32,000 nt of DNA from Candidatus Thorarchaeota archaeon (GCA_008080745.1 SHMX01000001.1:180001-212000); one strand, 5' to 3'. Numbered from the stretch's first letter, positions 18,384 through 27,732 are shown. Numbers and translations: made by a program. Notes: a model not told the origin generated them from the letters alone.

Positions 18384-19205
18384 TTAGTTTTGAATTATCT
18401 CTATCAATTGTTTCTGATATTCTGTACCCAGAACTCTTATCTTCTCACTCATAATTTCGCCCAGACCGAGAGTATGGGCGGTAACTAGATGGGGTACATC
18501 CAAAGGTTCTATGTCAATCAATCGGGCTCCAAATGAATCAATGGCAACAGGATCATATCCCACCACTACACCATTCGTACGAGTGGTGAGTTTTTCTTTT
18601 CTCAGACCGGAGACCATCTGTGTAAGGTCCAAAATGGTTATTTTCGGACGATATGCGATTAGAAGGTCGATAAGGACGCTGTGGATGTTATCGTGATATA
18701 CGGACTTGTCTACTTCAGGAAGGAGACCGAATAGATTCTTTATACTGGCACCCATGACCCTAGCATCCGACTCACGTTTGATAGTTGCAGCATTAACAAG
18801 GAGAATATTTCCATCTAATATCTTAGGCATATTATGCTCTCTGAAATAATGCCCGTTCATCTTGACAGTATGTAGCGGTTGATGGGAGAGATTCACTAAT
18901 TCTGCACCATGATCCAATAACCGGTTATAGCCACACTTGGCAAAAGCCTCTTCGGTGGTTCTGACAGGATTATCACTTTCCACCACATATACGGGTGCTG
19001 TGCTTTGAAACATTTTTACCAGGCCCTCCACTAATTCAATATCAGTATTCCCAGGATAATCAGGATTATAGATTGAAGGTTTGATAATGACCCTCTCGAT
19101 TTCTCCAGATATTTGTAAAGGATCAGATAACTTTGACAATGCGGTAACAAGAGCTCCCTTTGTATGTCTTTCTACGGCAACTGCAACTTCGGACATGGAT
19201 TCCAT
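18384..19205 (-). CDS. DUF362 domain protein
   Basis: VIIKPS, VYVVES, SIKNLFGLLP, GYDPVAIDS, VPHL...GLG are the DUF362 hallmarks; no C-terminal ferredoxin domain. Confidence 0.85.
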   Translation of the reverse strand: MESMSEVAVAVERHTKGALVTALSKLSDPLQISGEIERVIIKPSIYNPDYPGNTDIELVEGLVKMFQSTAPVYVVESDNPVRTTEEAFAKCGYNRLLDHGAELVNLSHQPLHTVKMNGHYFREHNMPKILDGNILLVNAATIKRESDARVMGASIKNLFGLLPEVDKSVYHDNIHSVLIDLLIAYRPKITILDLTQMVSGLRKEKLTTRTNGVVVGYDPVAIDSFGARLIDIEPLDVPHLVTAHTLGLGEIMSEKIRVLGTEYQKQLIEIIQN

Positions 19206-19267
19206 AAGTAAATCGACAATTTACAAGGCTTTAAGTCACACTCTATGACATAGTGAGTTGGATAATA

Positions 19268-20014
19268 ATGACTCTGACTCTAAAACAAAAAGAGCGGTAC
19301 TCGCGATTCCTTCGATTAAACGAGATACAAAAGGAGGATATGGAATCAATTGTACGCACGACTGTTGGTGTTGTTGGGGCAGGAGGTCTGGGAAGTTCTT
19401 CCCTAAGACTACTCACTGCTATAGGTTTTGGAAGAATCATAATTGTTGATTCAGACGAAGTTGAATTATCTAATATTCAGAGACAGACACTCTATAATAC
19501 AGAGGATGTGGGAAGACCCAAGGTAGAAGCCGCAGTAGAGAACCTGATGAAGCTAAACCCAGAAGTGAAATTTGAACCGAAGAAAGTGAGGGTTAATGAG
19601 GATAATGTTGAGGATATACTTCGGGATACAGACATTATTATTGATGGACTCGATTCCTTCAAAACACGGAAAATAGTCAATAAATTCAGCTTGGAAAGCA
19701 AGAAACCCTACATTTTTGCGGGTGCTGTAGAATTTTATGCAAATACTACGACCTTTCAGCCCGATAGTACGGGTTGTTTCCATTGTATTATGGGGGATGC
19801 TAAAGATAATCCAGAAATGACATGTGCGTCTATTGGTATAACCCCGGAAATACTACCAATGGTCACCAGCGTTCAGGTTCGAGAAGCGGTACTAATTGCA
19901 ACAGATAGAAAACCCAACCTTGCCAATAGATTACTGTCTATTGATATTGGCACTCTTGTTTTTGAAATGTTTGATATAAAAAAGAATGAGGAATGCGAAG
20001 TCTGTGGAGTTTAA
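19268..20014 (+). CDS. HesA/MoeB/ThiF family E1-like adenylyltransferase
   Basis: ERYSR, VVGAGGLGS, DSDEVELSNIQRQ, DGLD, Zn ligands CFHC and CEVC, putative active Cys in TCASIG. Start ATG 19268. Confidence 0.93.
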   Translation: MTLTLKQKERYSRFLRLNEIQKEDMESIVRTTVGVVGAGGLGSSSLRLLTAIGFGRIIIVDSDEVELSNIQRQTLYNTEDVGRPKVEAAVENLMKLNPEVKFEPKKVRVNEDNVEDILRDTDIIIDGLDSFKTRKIVNKFSLESKKPYIFAGAVEFYANTTTFQPDSTGCFHCIMGDAKDNPEMTCASIGITPEILPMVTSVQVREAVLIATDRKPNLANRLLSIDIGTLVFEMFDIKKNEECEVCGV

Positions 20015-21156
20015 GCTCCAAAGAACAGTCTTCGCGCTCTTCTCTTCCTCTCCTCATCACTCTGATCATCTGGTGGTGGTGGAGGTGGAGGTGGTGTGGT
20101 CTTGTCCGCTTCGTCTTTGGACTCGACTTCTTCATCTTCTTCCTCGTCCTCACTGCCTTCTTCGGATTCATCCTCAGAATCGTCAGGAATAGATGGTTCA
20201 TCATAGGGACTCCATACTCGCTTAGGATCAGTAGGAACTTCATCTTCAGAATCGGATGTTTTGGATTCGACTGATTCCTCTGAATCTGGAGCTATAGTTT
20301 CTTCATAGTCACTCCAAGTAAATTCAGGTCCCTCGGAAGGTTTTGAGGGGGATTCTGGTGAAGCGCTCTGTTCGAAGTCATCAGTTGGAGGTATACTTCG
20401 CTCTGGCATAGAAGTCCTTTCAAAACTGGATTCTGGAGTAATTTCCGTATCGGTTTCGGTTTCTTCGGATTTTTCAGGTATCGGTGGTAGTTCTGATTCA
20501 GAACGAAGAGATTCTACACCTAATGGACTGGGTTCAATCAGTTCAAAGTCATCTTCAAAATGTCGTGATGAGGAACTGAAGGAGTAATCATCTGATTCTT
20601 GCTTGTCGGATTTACCTAGAGATTCGACAGATAATGGTTCAATATCCTCACTCTCAGATTCGATAGGAACTTCTGATTCAATAGGTTCAGTTGACTCAGT
20701 AGGAATTTCAAATTCGTCGGTTTCAGGAGATTCAGCTCTTTCAACTTTTTCACGAGTTATAGACTCAGAATAACTAGTGGTATCAGATGAAGTTTCGTAA
20801 GAACCTCTCTCTGGTTCGTAAGCAGAACTTTCCGGGATTTCCGATCCACTTTCTGTGTGTTGATAATCCTCGGTTACTTCATCTCTTGCTGTTTCGGTCT
20901 TTTTGAATTCGACTCCCAATTTCCAGCTAAGACACTCTTCACATTTCTTTGCAGCCGCTATTAGTCCGTCCGCTATGAAATCTTCAAGCGATTTGGCTTG
21001 TTCAGGATTGCGTCGCGACCATCTCAGAAAGCTATCTACCATACGTAAAGCGTCACGAACGCCTAACCAATACTTCTCGTCCTTCTCCGAGCTCAATGGT
21101 GACACCTGAAGATGGAGATATGTAATTATGACAAAAGCCTTTGCATTACATACCAA
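20011..21156 (-). CDS. Acidic intrinsically disordered protein with N-terminal helical/CxxC domain and C-terminal poly-Pro plus basic helix
   Basis: Long E/S/D/P-rich open frame with P8 and a final RKRRARRLFFGA. The true start is probably TTG 21096 or GTG 21105. Confidence 0.85.
   Translation of the reverse strand: MVCNAKAFVIITYLHLQVSPLSSEKDEKYWLGVRDALRMVDSFLRWSRRNPEQAKSLEDFIADGLIAAAKKCEECLSWKLGVEFKKTETARDEVTEDYQHTESGSEIPESSAYEPERGSYETSSDTTSYSESITREKVERAESPETDEFEIPTESTEPIESEVPIESESEDIEPLSVESLGKSDKQESDDYSFSSSSRHFEDDFELIEPSPLGVESLRSESELPPIPEKSEETETDTEITPESSFERTSMPERSIPPTDDFEQSASPESPSKPSEGPEFTWSDYEETIAPDSEESVESKTSDSEDEVPTDPKRVWSPYDEPSIPDDSEDESEEGSEDEEEDEEVESKDEADKTTPPPPPPPPDDQSDEERKRRARRLFFGA
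20071..20094 (-). repeat. Eight consecutive Pro codons (CCA/CCT)
   Basis: tggtggtggtggaggtggaggtgg on the plus strand, read in frame with the stop at 20011. Confidence 0.9.
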
Positions 21157-21164
21157 AATACATG

Positions 21165-21617
21165 CTACAACCCGCGTGTCGTAAGCAATTCTTCCACGAG
21201 ACCTTCAAAAGCTGAGATAATCCTCTTCCGCTCATCATCATCAAGGGGTTCATCAAGAATGAGCAACCTGCATGGAACACTTCCAATTTTTTCCTTGACT
21301 TTGTTTTTGTATTTCGCCTCAAGATCCGGGTCGGTCTTCTCTAATACAACCATAGCCCCATGAGCGCCAGTATAAGTCATAGTCAAGAGGATATCCAGAG
21401 CTGAATGTTTGGAAAACATAAAGACAGCTCTAACGTCTGCTCCGTGACTCTCCCGCTCAATAGATCCTATACTTATTCCATCAACAGATACTAGATCTTT
21501 ATTGAAGATCCTCACAACTTCCTCTAATAGATCTTCATCGGGGCCAAGTAGGGTAATCTTAAACAGAAACCTTTGCCCTTTCCTTTCCGAGGCTGGTGAC
21601 ATCAATAATTTCTCCAT
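21165..21617 (-). CDS. Degenerate Rab/Ras-like small GTPase-fold protein (pseudo-GTPase)
   Basis: FLFKITLLG and TYTGAHGAMVVLEKTD echo Rab1 YLFKLLLIG and YYRGAHGIIVVYDVTD, but GxxxxGKS/T, DxxG and NKxD are absent. Confidence 0.7.
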   Translation of the reverse strand: MEKLLMSPASERKGQRFLFKITLLGPDEDLLEEVVRIFNKDLVSVDGISIGSIERESHGADVRAVFMFSKHSALDILLTMTYTGAHGAMVVLEKTDPDLEAKYKNKVKEKIGSVPCRLLILDEPLDDDERKRIISAFEGLVEELLTTRGL

Positions 21618-21745
21618 AGATGTTAGAGATTTCTCTCTTGGATATTACACCACTACTAGTTGATATGTGTTATGTGGTTTGTTAGATTGTCAGGACTACA
21701 AATTAATAAGCAAAATTCAACGCATTTGTGTAATAGGCGATATCA

Positions 21746-22090
21746 GTGACCTCTGTTGATGATGTTTTTGAAGCCTTGAAGCCTGTTATGGACCCAGAGC
21801 ACCCAGTCAGCATAACGGACCCTAGAATGCAAATTGTTAAGAAAGAATACATCTCAGTTGATGATGGCATCCAAGTTCAGTTTAAACCCACTGTGCCATA
21901 TTGCCCAATGGGAGGACTCATTGGAATCCTTATTCGTCATAGACTTGAAGAAGTATATCCTGATAAAAAAATCCATGTGAAGTTGGTGCCAGGAACACAC
22001 TCTCAAGAACAAGCTGTCAATCTAATGATAAGTGACAATGAACGCTATCGACAAATAGTTGAGCAGCTCAAAGAGAAGGATATGCTCTAG
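21746..22090 (+). CDS. MIP18/CIA2 (DUF59)-family Fe-S cluster assembly protein
   Basis: DPEHP, FKPTVPYCPMGGLIG and PGTHSQEQAVN...DNER motifs. Confidence 0.88.
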   Translation: MTSVDDVFEALKPVMDPEHPVSITDPRMQIVKKEYISVDDGIQVQFKPTVPYCPMGGLIGILIRHRLEEVYPDKKIHVKLVPGTHSQEQAVNLMISDNERYRQIVEQLKEKDML

Positions 22091-22095
22091 AGGGT

Positions 22096-22464
22096 TTGCA
22101 ATATTTGAAAGCTTCCGAAAATCTGATTCAATTAGGAATCATTCTCCTGTTCATGGGTTTTGGCATATTACTACTGACAAGTCCAACTGAAGGACAGACT
22201 TTTTTCTTTGTGTTCCCATTCTTCTTTTTTGGAGAGCTGACGGGTATTGGCTTCGTGATTAGTCTAGCAATTATAGGAATCATGATCTGGTACTTCGTTG
22301 CAGGATTCCCAAAATCGATCAGTAGACAGGGAAGATTGGAAAATGAGAGAATCTATCTTGAAGTTGAGGGGATATGTGATTATTGTGGGTCAGCAATACC
22401 AACAGGTGCATCTTTCTGCCAAGTCTGCGGCAGGTCAATAAGGAATGAAAGAGAAAGTTGGTAG
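22096..22464 (+). CDS. Two-TM membrane protein with C-terminal double zinc ribbon
   Basis: Two hydrophobic segments, then CDYCG-x8-CQVCG. Confidence 0.8.
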   Translation: MQYLKASENLIQLGIILLFMGFGILLLTSPTEGQTFFFVFPFFFFGELTGIGFVISLAIIGIMIWYFVAGFPKSISRQGRLENERIYLEVEGICDYCGSAIPTGASFCQVCGRSIRNERESW

Positions 22465-22485
22465 AATAGGTGGGAGGCACTCGGA

Positions 22486-22950
22486 TTGGGTAGAATCAGA
22501 CCAATTAAGTCAACGGATGTCGAGAGCGTGGTAGGGATAGAAAGTCAATGCTTTCCTACACCGTGGGACAGAAGCATCTTTGAAGCAATCTCGCAATGGA
22601 GAGGTAATATTCCACTGAAGCATAAACGGATAATTAGAATGCGTGTATTGGAATTCAAGGAACAGGTTGAGGGATACATTGTATGGGAGGAAGACAAGAT
22701 AACTGAAAATGGGCATGTGATGAATTTGGCTGTTTCTAATGCTCATCGAGGTAAAGGATGGGGAGAAAAACTCCTAAGATATGCAATTGAGTTAATGCGC
22801 GATCATGAAATGAAACTTTGTTTTTTAGAAGTCAGGGAGAACAATACGACTGCTCAGGCATTATACAAGAAAATTGGCATGGTCAAGAGCGATGTTAGGG
22901 TCGGTTACTATGAGAGTGAAGACGCTTACATCTATACTCTTGACCTTTAG
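22486..22950 (+). CDS. rimI: RimI/Ard1-like GNAT protein N-acetyltransferase
   Basis: IESQCFPTPW, HVMNLAV...HRGKGWGEKLL, LEVRENN..AQALY, YYESEDA; GGGAGG before the TTG start. Confidence 0.88.
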   Translation: MGRIRPIKSTDVESVVGIESQCFPTPWDRSIFEAISQWRGNIPLKHKRIIRMRVLEFKEQVEGYIVWEEDKITENGHVMNLAVSNAHRGKGWGEKLLRYAIELMRDHEMKLCFLEVRENNTTAQALYKKIGMVKSDVRVGYYESEDAYIYTLDL

Positions 22951-22953
22951 GAA

Positions 22954-25900
22954 TTATTTCGTTGGACGAATTATTTGGGGACCAACTATATCATGGAAGA
23001 GCTCTAGATAGGAAGAATCACTAGATAGCAAACTAAAGGGCTCATCAGAGTCTGTACCTAAGAGTATAATTTTATTGTCAGCAACCGCCATTAATGGAAC
23101 ATCTTGGGAATAGATAATCCTCCAACCCGGCAGTTCTTCAATACTGGGTTCACCATCTTCGGGTAAGGGAATGATCAATATCTTTCTTCGAGGTTTGGAA
23201 ATCTTGGAAATCTTCTTTAGGTCTAAATCACCAGGATTTGGACTTGCAATCACTATTGATTCTTCAGCTTGATTAGCCAGAGCTAGTATCTGTGAATAAA
23301 TTGCCTCTTTTCCTTTGATATACCAAGTCTTACCAGATTGTGATAGAATTTCTCGACTGGCTTTTTGGATAACCTCAAGACTCTCAATCGATTTCTCTGT
23401 TACTGATTTCACACTCTCGAATGATGAATCTAAATTCTTCTGAAAATCAGTGTATTGTTTCTCCAGCTTGGTCACCCACCTTCTGATTGATTTATCCATC
23501 TCGGTGCTCATAGCTGTCAATACTTCGGACCTAGTTTGTTTCAGTTCTGAAGTTGTTTCTGTCATGACTGTGTTAGTCGTGGCTGTCGTTTCATTAATCT
23601 CAATATTCTTTGTAGCCACGTCAGCACGGATAGATTCCATTAATTCATAGGATTTTGTACTCACATCAGTTTTTAATTCAACACCAAGGGACTCAAATTT
23701 CCTCGAAGCTTGCTGATTGGCAACAAGAACATTTTGACGAGTTTTATCAAGTATGTCATCACAATTGGATCGCAGTTTCTTAGCAGTTCTCTCAAGGAGA
23801 GTAGTTATTTCATCATGGGCTGATTCCAACGAGAGGGAATAATCATGAAGTGAAGTATTCAGTTCCGAGTTAGCTTCGGAATGAACCGCAGCTACTCCCT
23901 TCTTTATCGATTTTGTAGCTTCTTCAACACCAACTTTTGCACTCTCTGGCATAGCATCAATGGACTCCTTAACTCGCTCTAGAGCTGTTGCAACCATTGA
24001 TTCAAAGTCCGTAGCTTGTGAACGAAGCTTCGATTCAGTTTTATCAAATAGACCAATACTCATAGCTTCTAGTTTTTCAATAGTTTCATCACCCTTCGAT
24101 AGTATATTCTCGGTTGCCTGTTCAGAAGTTTTGGAAAGTTGTTGTTGGACCAAGGTAAGCTCATTATCCAATTTACTTCCGAGAGCGGTAAGCGATGACT
24201 CTACATTAGAAACTGCAGATTCAACCCAGACAGAGGCAGCGTCGAAGGCTAAAGCAACTTCGTTCTTTCTGGTTTCTAAAGTCTTCATGATATCCTCCTT
24301 AGACTTGCTTCTTGCTTTCACAGCTTTTGATTCCGCTTCCGTGATTGAACTTTGATAGTTTTCAAGACGTTCAGAGGATACCCTCGCTCTTGCACTGTAT
24401 AGTGCATCCAGTTTCTTACTAGTTTCAGCTAGTGTTCTCTGTTTGGCATCACTTTGAGATGAAAGGAATGACTCTGCCTTTGTTTTGATAGCACCAGTTG
24501 ATTTGGTAATGAAAGTCTTGGCATCATCACGTGCACCCCCAATCCTTTCAACCACAGTATCCCTACCACTACTGATTGAAGCATTGAACTCTCGAGATAC
24601 CTGAGTAAGATTTTCTCCAAGCTGCCGAATTGTGCCACTGCTCATCTCTCTTAATGACTCAGCAGTTGTGATCATTGATTGTTCAAGATTATCTATAGCG
24701 GTGTTAACCATTGAGGTAATTGAAGTACGCTTCTCAGAGCTCACCGTCTGAAGTGTTTCTCGAATCTCCTCCGCATGTTCAGCTACTTCATCAACTCGAC
24801 TCTGTAATTGTATTGTGTACTCCTCTTGTATTTTGAGTGAATCGGATTCTAGGGAGGAAATCTCTGTTCTAATAGCATTCTTAAATTCGGTATGAGCTGA
24901 ACCAATAAGATCAGTTGCTTCCAAGGTCTGACTAGAAATTAAGGCATTGAAAGACGACTCTGTGCTCTGGGTTAGAGTGATGAATTGACGAGTTATCTCT
25001 TCAAGTTTGACATGGAATTCCTCCTGGATCCCTTTCGCCATTCGCTCTATTCGTCCCGTCTGATCTTCAATGGTGGAATCAATTTCTTTTTGAATCCGAG
25101 TAGCATGGCTAGTTAAGGTTGACACACTCTGAGCGAGTCTTTCATTCAGAGTTGTCCCAAGTTCTTGGTAGAGTGTCTTCGTGACATCTACCTGTGTCTT
25201 TGTAGTAGTTGCAAAATCGTTTATGATATCTGTAAATGTACTCTCAAGAGAGGACTCAAACTCTGTAGACATAAGTTTTGCATCAGAAAGAATTGCTTCA
25301 CTTTGACTTGCTGATTTAGATATAATGCTGTCAAATGCAGTCTTTAGTCGACTATTCATATTAGTAACAAGAGAATTAAATTCTGACGATTCTGTATCAA
25401 GAACTTGAGAGATTTCATCTACAGCACCAGTTAGTTTCTTCTCAATTTCTTCTCCGGCAATTGAAGCCCAATCATCAATATCAGCATTGAGTGTTTCACC
25501 ATCTTCCTGTATTCTAGCATCATCAGCTTCAAGTTGGCCTTGTAGTAGGGAGAGTATGGAATTCCGCACCTCGCTGACATGAACATCGAAATCTGAATTA
25601 ATCGATTTTGCAAAAGATTTCAAGCGGGCAAATTCATCACTCAGAAATCCACTCGCCTTGTCAAAATAGGTATTCACCGAGGTTCGAATAACTTCATGAT
25701 AAGAATCGTCAGTGTCAGACACCTGTTCAAGTTGAGCGGTGACAGACTGATTTGCAACCTCCATAAATCCTGTCACTTCTTTCTTCCAAGCTGAAATGTC
25801 ACTTAGGACTGAAATAGTAGCGTCAATTGCAGTCTGAATTTCATGCTGAACGTGTTCTGCTTGTTCACGAGGAATCTCTTTAGCACTTTCAAGCATGCCA

Positions 25901-26820
25901 TCAAGAGACTCCTTCGCACCGAGGTAGGATTCACCTAGAGTACTATCAAACTCACTAAGACTGGTTTTCAAATCTGAGATGAGTTGGTTTAGCTGTTTTA
26001 CGCTTTTCTTTGAGATATCTGTCGATTTTGCAAGTACTACCTTTACAATTTCTTTTGATGCATCATCAAGAGCTCCCTCTGATTCTGATAGTGCTTCGTT
26101 TATTGATGACCTAATTTGCTCTACTAATTCAGCTATCTTGTTGCTTACACCATCTATCGAATCTGAAACGGAGGTGGTCTCATCATTAAGCCAATCATCG
26201 AATTCGGTGGCAATCTCATCGGTGGATTCGATTAATTGTTTTTGGCTGGCATCTAATGACTTCTGCAATTCTGACAATAAAACTCCTAGGCGATTGTCCA
26301 ATCCAGTATCGATTTCTGTAAGTACAGTTTCTAGCTGTTCAACCAAAGAATTGAGAACATTAGTTACAGTTCCAGATATCTCTTCAATCTGGTCACGAAC
26401 AGTAGTAACCATCTCGTTTTCATATTCGTCTAAAGCATTGGTTACTTTGAGATCTCGTTCTTTATGAGACTCGAGTAAATTCTGGGCAAGTGAGCTTGTT
26501 GTTTTTTCTTGCTCACCAATGACATTTTCAGAAACCTCTTTGATTGAGGAAAATTCGTCAAGCATCTCTTGGAGAGATGATACCACCATCGTATCAAGGG
26601 GTACAGCCCGATAAACCGGAATTACACCCTCTAGCTCTACCACATAACCTTTCTCAATCAATTTCTTCAGTGTTGATTTTACTTTTGAGGTCTTTTCACC
26701 AATTAATAGAGCTACTCCCTCAGCAGTAATATTACCACTCGCAAGTATGGGATAAAGCACAGAAGCTTCAAGTTTGGTGAGACCAAGATTGGATTTCAAT
26801 ACAGGAACAGTTTCAGTCAT
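22954..26820 (-). CDS. Giant TrmB-family protein: N-terminal wHTH, ~1100-aa helical insert, C-terminal TrmB effector-like domain
   Basis: LGLTKLEASVL...TAEGVA...LIEKGYV...YRAVP matches the TrmB HTH; WYIKGKEAIYSQI...AEESIVIASP matches the start of the TrmB C-domain. Start ATG 26820 (or GTG 26847). Confidence 0.85.
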   Translation of the reverse strand: MTETVPVLKSNLGLTKLEASVLYPILASGNITAEGVALLIGEKTSKVKSTLKKLIEKGYVVELEGVIPVYRAVPLDTMVVSSLQEMLDEFSSIKEVSENVIGEQEKTTSSLAQNLLESHKERDLKVTNALDEYENEMVTTVRDQIEEISGTVTNVLNSLVEQLETVLTEIDTGLDNRLGVLLSELQKSLDASQKQLIESTDEIATEFDDWLNDETTSVSDSIDGVSNKIAELVEQIRSSINEALSESEGALDDASKEIVKVVLAKSTDISKKSVKQLNQLISDLKTSLSEFDSTLGESYLGAKESLDGMLESAKEIPREQAEHVQHEIQTAIDATISVLSDISAWKKEVTGFMEVANQSVTAQLEQVSDTDDSYHEVIRTSVNTYFDKASGFLSDEFARLKSFAKSINSDFDVHVSEVRNSILSLLQGQLEADDARIQEDGETLNADIDDWASIAGEEIEKKLTGAVDEISQVLDTESSEFNSLVTNMNSRLKTAFDSIISKSASQSEAILSDAKLMSTEFESSLESTFTDIINDFATTTKTQVDVTKTLYQELGTTLNERLAQSVSTLTSHATRIQKEIDSTIEDQTGRIERMAKGIQEEFHVKLEEITRQFITLTQSTESSFNALISSQTLEATDLIGSAHTEFKNAIRTEISSLESDSLKIQEEYTIQLQSRVDEVAEHAEEIRETLQTVSSEKRTSITSMVNTAIDNLEQSMITTAESLREMSSGTIRQLGENLTQVSREFNASISSGRDTVVERIGGARDDAKTFITKSTGAIKTKAESFLSSQSDAKQRTLAETSKKLDALYSARARVSSERLENYQSSITEAESKAVKARSKSKEDIMKTLETRKNEVALAFDAASVWVESAVSNVESSLTALGSKLDNELTLVQQQLSKTSEQATENILSKGDETIEKLEAMSIGLFDKTESKLRSQATDFESMVATALERVKESIDAMPESAKVGVEEATKSIKKGVAAVHSEANSELNTSLHDYSLSLESAHDEITTLLERTAKKLRSNCDDILDKTRQNVLVANQQASRKFESLGVELKTDVSTKSYELMESIRADVATKNIEINETTATTNTVMTETTSELKQTRSEVLTAMSTEMDKSIRRWVTKLEKQYTDFQKNLDSSFESVKSVTEKSIESLEVIQKASREILSQSGKTWYIKGKEAIYSQILALANQAEESIVIASPNPGDLDLKKISKISKPRRKILIIPLPEDGEPSIEELPGWRIIYSQDVPLMAVADNKIILLGTDSDEPFSLLSSDSSYLELFHDIVGPQIIRPTK

Positions 26821-26892
26821 CAAATTGCCACTCACTACTAATACCACCGGATAATTCTTGTAAATGCGTAAACGAGATACTGTTTTAATCAG

Positions 26893-27732
26893 TTATTCGG
26901 ACCCAGAAACCATCGTGAATAAACGGTTGAGTTCTCCCACCTTTATTCTGGCTCCTTTCGAGTCGGTTACTAGCTCCACCTCAAGTTGAAACTCTCCATC
27001 ATCAAGTATATGAATTTCTTCAAATTGATTCTCAAATTTGCTAGCAATTTCTTTGAGTTTCTTGGGAGGTAGTTTATCCGAACCTAGTTTAAGTATCCAC
27101 CAATTGGTTGTCAGATCATTGAGAGCGTATTTCACATTATAATGCTCAGAAAAGACTTCTACATAGATCTTAAACATATTAAGTGTACTGATAATAAGAT
27201 TCCGAGGATTAACAACAACTACCCCTCTTGAAAGGTCAAAATGAAATAGTAGGTCATCCCCCACTACTACTTTGACGTTAAAAACTCTTAGAACAGACAT
27301 TTTCGTCCAGATTTTTTTAAATCGAGTAAGAAAATGCTTGATGGAACTCACACGGAGTGTGGAGAGAAGGTCCTTGATGGGAACACGCCGGTCATATAAC
27401 GAGCGTCCTTTTCGCTCAAGAATGTACCGTTTAACCTGGTCCAAATACTGAGAATAACAGAAGCTTGGAAGGTCTTGCGGTTCTACGCCAATCTCTATTA
27501 GTGCATTTAGAAAATTACGATTTTTGCATGATGGGCGTACTGTGCAGGCTAGTCTGTCTTCTTGGCATTCGGAACATTTTGTCTCATAGAGTTCAATAAT
27601 CTCGCTTGCAAGACTGCCATCAGCGATATCATCCAATATCTCCAATCTGATAGCAAGATCGTCCTTGTGCTTCTTTAGTTCCAAATGCGATTCCAGCTCC
27701 GTTGTATCATAACTTCGAGGAGAGGGGGCCAA
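26893..27732 (-). CDS. Hypothetical protein with N-terminal Cys cluster (Cx2Cx6Cx5C plus a distal C)
   Basis: KCSECQEDRLACTVRPSCKN...PSFCY; 279-aa open frame co-oriented with both neighbours. Confidence 0.8.
   Translation of the reverse strand: MAPSPRSYDTTELESHLELKKHKDDLAIRLEILDDIADGSLASEIIELYETKCSECQEDRLACTVRPSCKNRNFLNALIEIGVEPQDLPSFCYSQYLDQVKRYILERKGRSLYDRRVPIKDLLSTLRVSSIKHFLTRFKKIWTKMSVLRVFNVKVVVGDDLLFHFDLSRGVVVVNPRNLIISTLNMFKIYVEVFSEHYNVKYALNDLTTNWWILKLGSDKLPPKKLKEIASKFENQFEEIHILDDGEFQLEVELVTDSKGARIKVGELNRLFTMVSGSE

Noticed and set aside
19938-20274. Three short ORFs with His, Trp or Val runs over the poly-Pro region
   Set aside because: Alternative-frame and antisense readings of the CCA/CCT repeat.
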